Part shown: positions 10,458 through 20,582 of the stretch, in pieces
How the letters are laid out: every line of letters starts with the position of its first letter
How positions within the stretch are numbered: the first letter of the stretch is position 1
DNA from: Candidatus Eiseniibacteriota bacterium
GTDB taxonomy: Bacteria > Eisenbacteria > RBG-16-71-46 > CAIMUX01 > VGJL01
Assembly (NCBI GenBank): GCA_041946735.1
Contig: JBHGAY010000004.1
Location: 1 to 64,000 of the forward strand
DNA: 64,000 bases
Direction: 5' to 3'
Notes under the pieces: model-generated
The model's input: the letters and a program-made list of their open reading frames with translations, nothing else
Told to the model about the DNA's origin: nothing
The model's database searches: none
Translations under genes and position numbers: made by a program

Positions 10458-11162
10458 ATGAGACGCTCGATCTTGCCTTTCGCGGCCGCCCTGGCCGCCG
10501 CCTTCGTCCTTTCCCCTGCCGCCGCCCTCGCGGACCAGTTCGTCGAGACCTTCGACGGCGGTTCGAACACGGGAGGCTGGACCTACGGCGCTCCCACCGA
10601 GGTGATCGAGTCCAATGGCGGGAACCCCGGCGCCTACCTTCACGCTTCGGGGCTCGACACCTACGCTCCGCAGCCCCGGACGACGCAGCCGTCGATCTTC
10701 AGCGGAGACTTCCGCGCCGCGGGAGTCACCTCGATCGGAGTCGACCTCGCCACCTTCTATGTCGACTTCTCGGCCGAAGGGCGCCCCTTGAGCCTCATGC
10801 TCTACTCCGACAACGGGACCCCGGGAGACGACCTGGACGACTGGGCCGCCTACACGATGGGCGAGAACATCCCGATCCCCGGAGAGGGATGGCGGTCCTA
10901 TGACTTCGACGTTCCGTCCGATTCCCCGACGTTGCCGGCCGGTTGGCTCACGATCGGGTTCGGCCCCGGCTCGCCGGAGAATCCCGACTGGAACGACGTC
11001 ATCACCAACGTCTCGACGCTCGGCTTCTTCTACGGCGACCCGACGATGGTGTTCATCTTCCAGATGTGGGAACTGGGGATGGACAACGTCCGGATCACGT
11101 ACGGCCAGCCGACCGCGGTCGAAGCGACGACCTGGGGAGGCGTGAAGGCGCTGTTCCGCTAA
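10458..11162 (+). CDS. Secreted hypothetical protein with C-terminal TTWGGVKALFR motif
   Basis: GGAGG RBS, signal peptide ending ALA, acidic beta-rich body, C-terminus PTAVEATTWGGVKALFR. Confidence 0.85.
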   Translation: MRRSILPFAAALAAAFVLSPAAALADQFVETFDGGSNTGGWTYGAPTEVIESNGGNPGAYLHASGLDTYAPQPRTTQPSIFSGDFRAAGVTSIGVDLATFYVDFSAEGRPLSLMLYSDNGTPGDDLDDWAAYTMGENIPIPGEGWRSYDFDVPSDSPTLPAGWLTIGFGPGSPENPDWNDVITNVSTLGFFYGDPTMVFIFQMWELGMDNVRITYGQPTAVEATTWGGVKALFR

Positions 11163-11235
11163 GCGTCGCCGCGAACCCCCGGCCGGCGAGCCGTGGCCGC
11201 GTGCGGTTTCGCGAGGCGGAAGGCGTGGCATGACG

Positions 11236-11282
11236 GGTGGGGTCGCGATCGTCCGAGGGCGATCGCGACCCCACCTCTTTTT
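11236..11282 (+). terminator. Rho-independent terminator
   Basis: 16-bp perfect stem GGTGGGGTCGCGATCG / CGATCGCGACCCCACC followed by TCTTTTT. Confidence 0.85.
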
Positions 11283-11286
11283 CCGC

Positions 11287-11323
11287 TTGCGTGTCGATAT
11301 CGATGTGATATCATTCTGATGTC
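11287..11323 (+). promoter_or_regulatory. sigma70-type promoter overlapped by 11-bp-period GATATC operator boxes
   Basis: TTGCGT-N16-TATCAT with TGn extension; GATATC at 11296 and 11307, GATGTC at 11318. Confidence 0.6.
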
Positions 11324-11355
11324 GACGCCCGAATGGGGCACGCAAGGGAGGAACC

Positions 11356-12225
11356 ATGCACGCGGAACGCGAGGTCCGAAGGCCGTCGGGATGGGGGATG
11401 CTCCTGGTCAACCTGCTCCTCTACGCCCTGGCGATCTACTTCTTGGTGCGGGGAGGGCAGAGCCACTCTCTCCTCATGCTGCTGCTCGGAGGAGTCGGTG
11501 GGCTGCTGCTGGCGCTGCTGGCCAGCGCCGGCTTCTTCGTCGTGAATCCCAACGAGGCGATGGTCCTCTTGCTCTTCGGAGACTACATCGGCTCGGTGCG
11601 GAACAATGGCTTCTGGTGGACGAACCCGTTCAACCAGAAGGTGCGGCTCTCGCTGCGCGCGCGCACGCTGAACGGTCCGATCCTGAAGGTGAACGATCGC
11701 GCAGGAAACCCGATCGAGATCGCCGCGGTCGTCGTCTGGCAGGTGAAGGACACGGCGATGTCGGTCTTCGAGGTGGACAACTACACCGACTTCGTCAAGA
11801 CGCAGAGCGAGACGGCGGTGCGGCACCTGGCGAGCGCCTACCCGTACGACGGCGGCGAGGAGGAGCTGAGCCTGCGCGGGGCGACCGACGAGGTGAGCGC
11901 CCGGCTCTGCACCGAGCTGCAGGAGCGGCTCGCGCGGGCCGGCGTCCACGTGATCGAGGCCCGGCTCTCCCACCTCGCCTACTCGCCGGAGATCGCCGGC
12001 GCGATGCTCCAGCGCCAGCAGGCGGGAGCGGTCATCGCGGCGCGCAAGAAGATCGTCGAAGGCGCGGTCGGGATCGTCCAGGACGCTCTGCGCGAGCTGA
12101 ATGAAGGAGACTTCGGGGAGCTGGACGAGGAGCGCAAGGCTGCGATGATGTCGAACCTGCTCGTCGTCCTCTGCAGCCAGCACTCGGCGCAGCCGATCGT
12201 CAACGCCGGGACGATCTACCACTAG
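11356..12225 (+). CDS. SPFH / band 7 domain membrane protein
   Basis: Two N-terminal TM helices, [56 protein letters not shown]. Confidence 0.92.
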   Translation: MHAEREVRRPSGWGMLLVNLLLYALAIYFLVRGGQSHSLLMLLLGGVGGLLLALLASAGFFVVNPNEAMVLLLFGDYIGSVRNNGFWWTNPFNQKVRLSLRARTLNGPILKVNDRAGNPIEIAAVVVWQVKDTAMSVFEVDNYTDFVKTQSETAVRHLASAYPYDGGEEELSLRGATDEVSARLCTELQERLARAGVHVIEARLSHLAYSPEIAGAMLQRQQAGAVIAARKKIVEGAVGIVQDALRELNEGDFGELDEERKAAMMSNLLVVLCSQHSAQPIVNAGTIYH

Positions 12226-12243
12226 GCGGGCGAGGGCGCGCGG

Positions 12244-12426
12244 ATGGGACTGAAGAAGGCGTTCCCGCTCCGGCTCGATCCCGAGCTGTACGAGGCGATC
12301 CGTCGCTGGGCCGACGAGGAGCTGCGGAGCGTGAACGGCCAGATCGAGTTCCTGCTGCGCGACGCGGTCGAGAAGGCAGGGAAGAAGGCGGGACCGCTGA
12401 AGCGGGAGAAGAAGAAGGGGAGATGA
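12244..12426 (+). CDS. Arc-like ribbon-helix-helix DNA-binding protein
   Basis: [35 protein letters not shown]; typical partner of this SPFH family. Confidence 0.85.
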   Translation: MGLKKAFPLRLDPELYEAIRRWADEELRSVNGQIEFLLRDAVEKAGKKAGPLKREKKKGR

Positions 12427-12499
12427 GTCCGGGTCGGCGCGCGGAAGGCGGAGGCTATGCCGCCGCGCGCCGCCCGCCGCTCATCGCGCGCCGCCCGCC

Positions 12500-12919
12500 T
12501 CATTCGCCGACGATCTTGATCAGGATCCGTTTCGGCCGCCGGCCGTCGAACTCGCCGTAGAAGATCTGCTCCCACGGACCGAAATCGAGCTTGCCGCCGG
12601 TCACCGCCACCACGACTTCCCGTCCCATGATCTGACGCTTGTGATGCGCGTCGCCGTTGTCCTCCCCCGTCCGATTGTGGTCGTAGCGCGAGAGCGGCTC
12701 GTGGGGCGCCAGCTCCTCGAGCCAGCGCGCATAGTCGCGGTGCAGCCCCGGTTCGTCGTCGTTGATGAAGACGCTCGCCGTGATGTGCATCGCGTTGACC
12801 AGGCAGAGTCCTTCGCGGATGCCGCTCTCCGCGACCGCCTCCTCCACCTCCGGCGTGATGTTGCGGAACGCCATCCGGGCGGGGATGTTCAGCGTGAGCT
12901 CCCTGCGGTGCGATCGCAT
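12500..12919 (-). CDS. yjbQ: YjbQ / UPF0047 family protein (secondary thiamine-phosphate synthase)
   Basis: [42 protein letters not shown]. Confidence 0.88.
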   Translation of the reverse strand: MRSHRRELTLNIPARMAFRNITPEVEEAVAESGIREGLCLVNAMHITASVFINDDEPGLHRDYARWLEELAPHEPLSRYDHNRTGEDNGDAHHKRQIMGREVVVAVTGGKLDFGPWEQIFYGEFDGRRPKRILIKIVGE

Positions 12920-13073
12920 TGTCGTCGCCTCCTGCTTCCCGGCGCCTTCGGACGATCGGGGCGGGTGTCGGGCGGCCGCGCCGGGCGCCGCGCGCCCGGA
13001 CTGGCCAGGCCCTTCCAGTCCGTGGATACTACCCGGCGGCGGCGGCGGAAGCCCCCCGGAAGGAGGCGAGGCG

Positions 13074-13439
13074 ATGCTCGAGGCTCGGAGCCCCGGATCG
13101 GCGGCAGAGGGATGGGCGGAGGAGATCGGCGCGGCGATCACCGTGACCGACGCGGAGGGGAGGATCCTGTCGATGAACGAGCGCTCGCGCGAGACGTTCG
13201 CCGCCGACGGGGGCGCGGCGCTCCTCGGGCGATCGGTCTTCGATTGCCACCCGGAGCCGGCGCGCACGAAGACGCGCGCGATGTATGCGACTCGGCAGGC
13301 GAACCACTACACGATCGAGAAGGACGGCCGGCGGAAGATCATCCACCAACTTCCCTGGTTCCGGAACGGCGCCTTCGCGGGGTTTGTCGAGATCTCGATC
13401 CCGATCCCCGGCGCCCTCCCGCACTTCGTGCGAGACTGA
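13074..13439 (+). CDS. Stand-alone PAS-domain protein
   Basis: [15 protein letters not shown]...[12 protein letters not shown]...[25 protein letters not shown]. Confidence 0.75.
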   Translation: MLEARSPGSAAEGWAEEIGAAITVTDAEGRILSMNERSRETFAADGGAALLGRSVFDCHPEPARTKTRAMYATRQANHYTIEKDGRRKIIHQLPWFRNGAFAGFVEISIPIPGALPHFVRD

Positions 13440-13489
13440 GGGAACCACGGAGGGCCGGACGCCAGCGAGGGAGGGCGCTGCTCCGGTCG

Positions 13490-13915
13490 TCAGCGGATCG
13501 TCAGGACGATGATCCCTCCGACGGTGAGCGCGATGCCGGCGACGGTCTTCAGGGTGAGAGGCTCGCCGCCCAGCGCCACGGCCATCAGCGCCCCGAAGAG
13601 CGGCGAGGTGAAGGCGATCGGCATCACGCGGGTGAGCGGCGCTCCCTTGAGCGCCGCGTAGAAGCAGAGCATTCCCGCCGCCCCCGCGACGATTCCCCCG
13701 CCGACGGTCATCATCAGGAGCGCGCGGGGGCCGGCGTGCGGGAGGCTCTTCCACTGCGGCGCGCTGACGGCGGCCAGGATCACGAACGCGACGGCGGTGC
13801 GGATCGTGATCCCGAGCTGCGGGGAGAGGTGGCCGAGGTGGAGCCCCTTCTTCTCGAAGTACCCGCCGATCCCCCAGGCCGCCGCCGTCAGTAGCGCGAG
13901 CAGTTCCGGTTTCAT
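13490..13915 (-). CDS. EamA/DMT family small transporter
   Basis: 141 aa hydrophobic, WGIGGYFEK, YAALK, VMPI, LGGEPLT. Confidence 0.85.
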   Translation of the reverse strand: MKPELLALLTAAAWGIGGYFEKKGLHLGHLSPQLGITIRTAVAFVILAAVSAPQWKSLPHAGPRALLMMTVGGGIVAGAAGMLCFYAALKGAPLTRVMPIAFTSPLFGALMAVALGGEPLTLKTVAGIALTVGGIIVLTIR

Positions 13916-13940
13916 CGTCCCTCGAGACCTCCGCCGTCCG

Positions 13941-14693
13941 CTATTCCCCGCTGGCCGAGACGTTGTCGACGTAGAACGTCCCGGGCCCGTCGTTCCAGGA
14001 CGCGAAGCTGATCGCAGTCAGCGTCTTCGGAGCCCTCCCGAACGCCTTCAGCTCGACCGGCTTCGGGGTCACGCTCCGCACCAGGACCTCGTAGATCCCG
14101 TCGGCCGGATAGACGGTCCCCTCGATCGTGTACCAGCGGCCGAGATCGAGATCGCGGGCGATGACGGTCCTCTGTTCCCAGGCTCCCTTTCCCTGGCGCG
14201 CGAAGAGGTTCATCTTCCCCTTCGTCGCCGAGTTCTCGAAGCCCAGGAAGACGAAGCGCTCGTTGCCGGTCGAGTTGGGGCCGTTCTTCTTGTCCGCATC
14301 GTTGCCGATCAGGATGAAGGCGGAGCGATTGAAGGACGGGTCGATCGACTGGACGCAGATGTCGCAGGAGAACGAGAAGTCGGTCTTCTGCGCCTTCACG
14401 AACTTCTGCGTCAGGTAGGTATTGAACTTGGCGCTCCCGTCGATCCGCGCCTTGGGGGTCGCATTGCCCGCGATCGCCGTCTTGTCGAGCTTCAGCATCG
14501 CGCGCGATCCCTTGACGTCGTAGCGGCTCTCGTACCAGTCCTGCCCCTTCGTGTTCCTGCGCAGAAGCTTGCTGGTCGTGCTGCCGTCGAAGCCGCCGTC
14601 CGACAGGAGCGGAGGCGCGGCGGCCAGGGCGACGGAGGCGGCACCGATCAGGACCGCCACCGCGGTCCACCGGGTTCTGCGGACAATCGACAT
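13941..14693 (-). CDS. Secreted hypothetical protein (Lys-rich, likely beta-sandwich)
   Basis: Signal peptide MSIVRRTRWTAVAVLIGAASVALA, GC3-rich coding frame, C-terminal FYVDNVS. Confidence 0.65.
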   Translation of the reverse strand: MSIVRRTRWTAVAVLIGAASVALAAAPPLLSDGGFDGSTTSKLLRRNTKGQDWYESRYDVKGSRAMLKLDKTAIAGNATPKARIDGSAKFNTYLTQKFVKAQKTDFSFSCDICVQSIDPSFNRSAFILIGNDADKKNGPNSTGNERFVFLGFENSATKGKMNLFARQGKGAWEQRTVIARDLDLGRWYTIEGTVYPADGIYEVLVRSVTPKPVELKAFGRAPKTLTAISFASWNDGPGTFYVDNVSASGE

Positions 14694-14901
14694 CGTTCCC
14701 TTCCTTCCCTTGGTCTCTTGGATGCTTGCGGTTCCGGCACTCGATCCCGGCCGAATCGAACCGTCCGGAAAAGGCCGAGCACGCCCAGACCGGACGGATC
14801 CGATGCACGAGGATACCCGCCGCAGCGGCGGCACGAAAGGACGATCGGCGGCGCGGCGGCGGCGCGCACGACGCCTCATCTCGGACCGCCCGCCGGACGC
14901 C

Positions 14902-17900
14902 TCATCGCGGACCGCCCACCGGACGGGCCTGCCAGAGAAGTTCCGCCGGAACGGGGGCCAGGGGCACGCCGGGACCTTCGTACCACAGCTCGAGAGCCGA
15001 GTCGCCGAGCCCCTGGAAGTACTCGACGCGAATCGGATGCAGCCCGGGCCGGAGGGCGAGCGTGCGCGACACCGCTCCGCGCCCGTGCAGGCCGTCGTTG
15101 TCGATCGCCTTCTCGTCACCGATCCAGAGGGCGCTGCCGTCGTCCGAGAAGAGGTGGAAGGTGTAGATCCCTTCCGTGCGGATCTCGATCCACCCGCGCA
15201 AAACGAGGCCGAAGCGCTCGGCGCGGGCGAAGGAGGGCAGCGCCACCTGACCGATCGGCGCCGAGGCGGCGGCAGGCTCGAGCGCCGAGAAGTTGGGCAG
15301 CTCCTCCCATCCCCCTTCCGGCCCGTACTCGTAGTAGTCGCAGATCAGCCCCGGCGTCTGCCGCACGACACCGTCCGAGGGCCGCGGTATGAGCTTCGTG
15401 ACGGCGAGCGCGGCGACGTAGTGATCGTCGAGACCGTCGCGGAAGGCGCGGGCTTTGACGGTCCTCGACTCCTGGATCGTCAGCGGTCCCCGGTAGAGCA
15501 CGGACTGGATGGTCGGCTCGGTCCCGTCGGTCGTGTAGCGGATCGTGGCGCCTGGAGTCGGAGTCACGAGGCGCACGCGCGTCTCGTCGAGGAACTCCAG
15601 GCGATCGGCGAGCGCCTTCACGCAGGTCGCGGCCGGCGGCTCGACGTCGGCGATCGCAGGGCGGGTCGCCGCGTTCGGTGCGCTGGCGAGCGACATCGCG
15701 AGGATCCGGACGTTCGGATCGTTCGGGAGCGTCACCGTGGCGGCTCCGCCCGGAAGCGGCAGGTCGTAGCGGAAGAAGTGCCCGAAGGAATAGGCGAGCC
15801 TCTCGCCGCCGGCGGCATGCCGGTGCGTCGCGAGCCAGGCGAGCCGCACGTCCTTTTCGTATGCCGGCTCGATCGAGTCCGGATCGGAGCGCAACCCTCC
15901 CGCCGTCACCCGGTTGTTCCACTGCGCGATCGGCTCCGCGTAGTCGTGGATCGTGAGGGGGAGCGGCGGGCCGTCGTCGATGCGGAACGACGCTTCGCGG
16001 TCCCCATCGACCGAGGCCGCGACGATGCAGAGGCGGTCGCCCTGTCTCGCCTCGAGGGGCAACGGGACCGTCTGTCCCTGGCACGCGACCACGTTCGCCG
16101 CTCCCGGTTCGCGCGGGCCGGTGCGAAACGCGATTCCTTCCCGCTGGAAGGTCTGCGGGAGCAGCTCGGACGGAAGCGAGACACCCTCGTTGTCGAAGGC
16201 GCCGGCGCCGGCCGAGCCGCACGGCGTGAGGCCGACCAGGTTCCAGGGAAGGTCGACGGGCGTCGACTTCGGCGGCGCGAGCGCGACGGGGGCATCGGCG
16301 AGGCGCACCGCGATCGTACGCGGTTGAAACGGGCGGAAGTCGAGAACGAGCCGGCCGGAGGCGGCCTCGAGCGGCCCGATCGCCTCCTCGGCGCCGTTCA
16401 GCTCGCGGGCGGCGGCGATCGGCCGCGCGAAGGAGAGCGCGACCGCTTCGCGCGGGCGTCCGGTCGTCTCCAGCAGGCGGACGACGATCTCGTTGCCCTC
16501 CTCGGCCTTCTTGACGGCGCGGATCGCGATCGCCGGGTCGCTGGTCGAGACGAGCGAGAAGGTCGCCCCGAGCCCGCCTTCGTGCGGCGTCGTGGTGAAG
16601 GCGAGGAGCGGCTGGTTCAGGCGATCGGCTTCCGAAACGACGCCGCCGTCCTGCCATCCGCCCGAATGGCCGGCGATGGCGTAGCAGAAGCGGTGCCGCC
16701 CGAGATCCATCGACTCCTGGTCCTCGATCCACTTCCAGCGGTCGTTGACGCGCGGGGTGCGGATCAGGGCGAGGCGGAGGGTCGCCGGGTCGGGACGGTC
16801 CCAGCCGTACTTGCAGTCGTTCAGGACGGCGACGCCGTAGGCTCCCGAGGGCTCGGTCACGTCAGCCCATTGCTGTCCCGGCACCTCGTACAGCTCCTTG
16901 CGGTTCACCCCTCGCTCGATCGCGCCGAGCCCGAGATCGTAGGTCGCGTTGGGACTGGAGACGGCGAGCGGGAAGGAAGCGGTGAGGAGCGTCCCCTTCG
17001 TCCTCCAGTCGACGTCGGAGTCGACCTCGATGCGCGTGCCGGCGCCGCCGCCGGCGAGGCGGATCGTCTGGCGGATCGTCGAGCCGCCCGCTCGCCGCGT
17101 GACGCGCACGGCGGCGCGCGCGGGGCCGGTCTCGATCACCGCAGTCTCGACCTGCCCGCCCACGATTTCCCGCGGTTGCGCCATCAGGTCGTCGTAGTCG
17201 ATCTCCCATGCGGCCCAGTCGTACGGCTCGTCGTCGAGCATCTCGAGCGCGACCGGCGCGCGCAGGAGCTCGCGCCCTGCCCCCTTGTCGTAGATCGAGG
17301 AGATCTGCCCGCGCGCGTCGATCGCCACGCGGTAGCGTTCGTTCTCCAGCCGGCCGCCGTCGGGCGCGACGGCGAGTCCCGTGTCGATCTCGCAGGGACG
17401 ATCCGACGGCCGGACGTCGTAGACGGCGAAGCCGACCGCCGGCACCGTCGCGAGGAAGACGATGCGGTAGCGCCCTCCGCCGAGCGCGGTCGCCTGCGAT
17501 GCGACTTCCGCGCCGCCGGGAGCATAGACGCGCACCGAGGCGGGCGCCTGCTGGGCGGCCGCCGCGCCCTCGAACGCGATCTCCGCCTCGACCGGATCGG
17601 TCCGCTCGATCGAGAGCGGGTTGAAGACCACGACGGGAATCCCCTTCGCCCGCGTGTCGAGAGCGCGCGCGACGCCGCCCGCGGCGTCGGCAAGGACGGC
17701 GCGGAAGAGGTTCGAGGCGATCGCCTCGTCGTTCCACGAATAGACGTAGGCCTCCGGAATGCTCGTGCCGGTCAGGTCGTCGTGGAACTGATGCCAGAGG
17801 AAGCGGATCCACGCGTCGTTCAAGGTCGCTCGCGGATAAGGCGCCGCGCCGAGCCAGTCGGCGGCGACCGACGCCTTCTCCGCTGCGTCGGCCAGCCGCT

Positions 17901-19002
17901 CGTTCTTGCGGTTCCATCGCTTCATCGCGGCCTGCGAGGTGTAGCAGCCGATGCCGTGGTCGGTCATCAGCAGCTCGCCGCGATAGCGGGGGAGCGCGTC
18001 GCGCCGCTGCTGCGGAAGCTGCGCGATCTCGCGGGCGAAATCGTCCGAGCCGGCAGGGCGGATGAGAATCGGGCCGCCGCCGGCCAGGCTCTTCTCGAGC
18101 CACGCGACCGATTCCTCCGCCGGCGATCCTCCCTGGTCTCCGGTGCCGAAGTAGCGGAGCCCCTTGTACAATCCCGACGCCTTGCCTTGGCTCTCGATCG
18201 CGGCGATCGCTGACGAATCGGCGCTCCAGTCGTGGGTGATCCTGCCGACGTAGTCGCCCGGCCGCAAAGCGGCGGCGAGGGCCGAGCCATCCACTCCTTC
18301 CCAGATTCCGATATCGAACGGCACGCCGTACGCGGAGCCCCAGGTGAGCTTCTGCGTGGAGAAGCCGAGGAGGCCGCAGTGCGCGGCGATCGAGGGGAGG
18401 GCATATCCGAAGCCGAAGCAGTCGGGCAGGAAGACGTCGCGGCTCCTCTTGCCGAACTCCTTCTCGAAGTAGCCGTTTCCGTAGAGCGCCTGCCGGATCA
18501 GCGATTCCGGTGACGGAATGTTCGTATCGACCGCGTCCACCCAGCTGCCGGCGACGCGCCACCGGCCGTCCGCGATCGCCCTTCGCATCCGCTCGTATTC
18601 GCTCGGGTAGTACTCCCGCATCAGCATGTAGCGGAACGCTCCCTCGAAGCTGAACACGTAGTCCGGGTACTTCTCGAAGTAGGCGAGGTTCTCGCGAAGG
18701 GTGGCTGGAAGGTACTCGTCGATCGTTTCGCGGATCGTCCAGCGCCATTGCGTGTCGAGATGCGCGGTCGCCACCACGTCCAGCTCGAGCTTCGGCGGGG
18801 GCGCCGGGTCGTCCGCGCCGGGCACGGACGTCGCGGCGCCGGAGGCCGCGAGGGCGGGCGCGGCGCCCGCGGCGGCGCCGAGCGACGAGCCGGCGAGGCC
18901 ACCGAGCATCCCGCAGACGACGAGAACGAGTAGGACGCTCGAGGCGAGCGCAGGCCGGAGGGACTCCCCACACCGCCGCGAACCGGACGGTCCACACTTC
19001 AT
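14902..19002 (-). CDS. Secreted GH38 alpha-mannosidase with Fn3-associated and PA14 domains
   Basis: AHLDTQWRW, FLPDCFGF, STQKLTW, HQFHDDLTGTS, LNDCKYG; IRYTTDGTEPT; SDDGSALWIG/DNDGLH PA14; ATGA-coupled to permease. Confidence 0.92.
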   Translation of the reverse strand: MKCGPSGSRRCGESLRPALASSVLLVLVVCGMLGGLAGSSLGAAAGAAPALAASGAATSVPGADDPAPPPKLELDVVATAHLDTQWRWTIRETIDEYLPATLRENLAYFEKYPDYVFSFEGAFRYMLMREYYPSEYERMRRAIADGRWRVAGSWVDAVDTNIPSPESLIRQALYGNGYFEKEFGKRSRDVFLPDCFGFGYALPSIAAHCGLLGFSTQKLTWGSAYGVPFDIGIWEGVDGSALAAALRPGDYVGRITHDWSADSSAIAAIESQGKASGLYKGLRYFGTGDQGGSPAEESVAWLEKSLAGGGPILIRPAGSDDFAREIAQLPQQRRDALPRYRGELLMTDHGIGCYTSQAAMKRWNRKNERLADAAEKASVAADWLGAAPYPRATLNDAWIRFLWHQFHDDLTGTSIPEAYVYSWNDEAIASNLFRAVLADAAGGVARALDTRAKGIPVVVFNPLSIERTDPVEAEIAFEGAAAAQQAPASVRVYAPGGAEVASQATALGGGRYRIVFLATVPAVGFAVYDVRPSDRPCEIDTGLAVAPDGGRLENERYRVAIDARGQISSIYDKGAGRELLRAPVALEMLDDEPYDWAAWEIDYDDLMAQPREIVGGQVETAVIETGPARAAVRVTRRAGGSTIRQTIRLAGGGAGTRIEVDSDVDWRTKGTLLTASFPLAVSSPNATYDLGLGAIERGVNRKELYEVPGQQWADVTEPSGAYGVAVLNDCKYGWDRPDPATLRLALIRTPRVNDRWKWIEDQESMDLGRHRFCYAIAGHSGGWQDGGVVSEADRLNQPLLAFTTTPHEGGLGATFSLVSTSDPAIAIRAVKKAEEGNEIVVRLLETTGRPREAVALSFARPIAAARELNGAEEAIGPLEAASGRLVLDFRPFQPRTIAVRLADAPVALAPPKSTPVDLPWNLVGLTPCGSAGAGAFDNEGVSLPSELLPQTFQREGIAFRTGPREPGAANVVACQGQTVPLPLEARQGDRLCIVAASVDGDREASFRIDDGPPLPLTIHDYAEPIAQWNNRVTAGGLRSDPDSIEPAYEKDVRLAWLATHRHAAGGERLAYSFGHFFRYDLPLPGGAATVTLPNDPNVRILAMSLASAPNAATRPAIADVEPPAATCVKALADRLEFLDETRVRLVTPTPGATIRYTTDGTEPTIQSVLYRGPLTIQESRTVKARAFRDGLDDHYVAALAVTKLIPRPSDGVVRQTPGLICDYYEYGPEGGWEELPNFSALEPAAASAPIGQVALPSFARAERFGLVLRGWIEIRTEGIYTFHLFSDDGSALWIGDEKAIDNDGLHGRGAVSRTLALRPGLHPIRVEYFQGLGDSALELWYEGPGVPLAPVPAELLWQARPVGGPR

Positions 19003-20582
19003 CGCGACTCCTCCCGCCCGCTTGGGGGCTGGACCGCGGCGGACGCGGATGACGACGCGCCGCTCGATCGAGAAATCGGCCAGCGGGGCCGCAGCCGGAA
19101 CCTCCGGCGCAGCCAACCTCGATGTTTCAGGCGGTCGAGAAGGACCGCTCCCAGGATCACGAGACCGAGGACCACCTTCTGCGTGTAGCTCTCGACGTTC
19201 GTGAGATTCATGCCGTTCTGAATCACCGCGATAATGAACGCGCCGACCAGCGTGCCGAGGATCCGCCCCTCGCCGCCGGAGAGGCTCGTCCCGCCGACGA
19301 CCACCGCGGCGATCACGTACAGCTCGTACGAGAGCCCGTAGGTCGGGGCGCCGCTCTTCAGCTGCGACGCCATCACGATCCCGCCGAGACCGGCCAACAG
19401 GCCGGAGACCGTGTAGACGAAAAGGAGGACGGCGCGGACGCGCACCCCGGCCAGGCGCGATGCTTCGGCATTCCCGCCGACCGCATAGATGTGGCGTCCC
19501 AGGACCGTGCGCGTCATCAGCAGATGCGCGGCGGCGAACAGCGCGACCATCAACAGCACCGCATAGGGAAGTCCGAGGACCGGCTCGGCGCCGCGACCGA
19601 GCGCGACGAAGCGGCCGGGCACCTGGTAGATCGGTCGACCCGCGGAGAGCAGATAGGCGAGACCGCTCGCCACTTGCATCATGCCGAGCGTCGCGATGAA
19701 GGGGGGGACGTCGAAGCGGGTGATCGCCAGGCCGGAGAGAAGCCCGGTCAAGCCGCACGCGAGGATGCCGGCGAGCGCGCCCGCGAGAAGGACCGTGCCG
19801 GTCGCGTCCGCCCCGCCGGCATGCGCGATCGTGCCGGTCGCGACGACGGCGGAGAGCGCGATCAGGCTCCCCACGGACAGGTCGATCCCTCCGGTCAGGA
19901 TCACCATCGTCATGCCGACCGCGAGAATCGCGATCACGCTGATCTGGTTCGCGATGTTGCGCACGTTGTCGGGGAGCAGGAACGTCGGCCAGCGATACGA
20001 CGGCGCGACGAGCACTTCGGCACCGGCGTACCCCGGCGTCGCATCGAGCACGGTGCGGACCGCCGGCGCGTTGGGGGCGAGCGTCGCGACGCGCAACGCG
20101 CCCGCGGAGCGGCCGGCGGGGCGCTCCGCGTCGGGGGCCTCGGCGGCCGGGCCCTCCGCTGCCGGAAGCTCCTCGGCCGGCTCCGCAGCCGGCTCCGTCG
20201 CCGGCTCCGCGACGAGCCGCTCCAGCGCCCGCCGCAGATCGGCCGGCTCCCCCTGGACCGTGGCGGCCACCGGAATCCCGCGGCGTGCGAGCCCGGCGGC
20301 CAGGCGGGCGGCAAAGGCGGCGCCGTCCTCCCCCTCGCGCACGGCGATCGCCACGGGAGCGCCGGCCGAGGCCGCGCCGGAGGAGGGGGCGGCGGCCTGC
20401 GCCGCAACGGCAGCGTCGAGGCGAGCGAGAATCGCGTCGGCGGCGCGAGCGCCGGAGGGCTGCTGCTCGCGGATCGTCGCGAGCGAGAAGAATCCCGCCA
20501 GCAGCAACAGGACCGCGAGCATCCCGTATTGCGAGGCGAGCTGGGAGCCGGCCGCCCGCAAGCGCGCGCCGAGCCCGCTCAC
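18999..20582 (-). CDS. Monosaccharide ABC transporter permease (RbsC-like) with extra N-terminal soluble domain
   Basis: GMTMVILTGGIDLSVGS, PPFIATLG, YAVGGNAEASRLAGV, ELYVIAAVVVGGTSLSGG; GTGA overlap with ATPase. Confidence 0.88.
   Translation of the reverse strand: MSGLGARLRAAGSQLASQYGMLAVLLLLAGFFSLATIREQQPSGARAADAILARLDAAVAAQAAAPSSGAASAGAPVAIAVREGEDGAAFAARLAAGLARRGIPVAATVQGEPADLRRALERLVAEPATEPAAEPAEELPAAEGPAAEAPDAERPAGRSAGALRVATLAPNAPAVRTVLDATPGYAGAEVLVAPSYRWPTFLLPDNVRNIANQISVIAILAVGMTMVILTGGIDLSVGSLIALSAVVATGTIAHAGGADATGTVLLAGALAGILACGLTGLLSGLAITRFDVPPFIATLGMMQVASGLAYLLSAGRPIYQVPGRFVALGRGAEPVLGLPYAVLLMVALFAAAHLLMTRTVLGRHIYAVGGNAEASRLAGVRVRAVLLFVYTVSGLLAGLGGIVMASQLKSGAPTYGLSYELYVIAAVVVGGTSLSGGEGRILGTLVGAFIIAVIQNGMNLTNVESYTQKVVLGLVILGAVLLDRLKHRGWLRRRFRLRPRWPISRSSGASSSASAAVQPPSGREESR

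Noticed and set aside
14551..18213. 1220-aa plus-strand ORF and many other long Arg/Ala/Pro-rich ORFs in the track
   Set aside because: Antisense or off-frame shadows of well-supported genes; stops are rare at this GC content; no motifs
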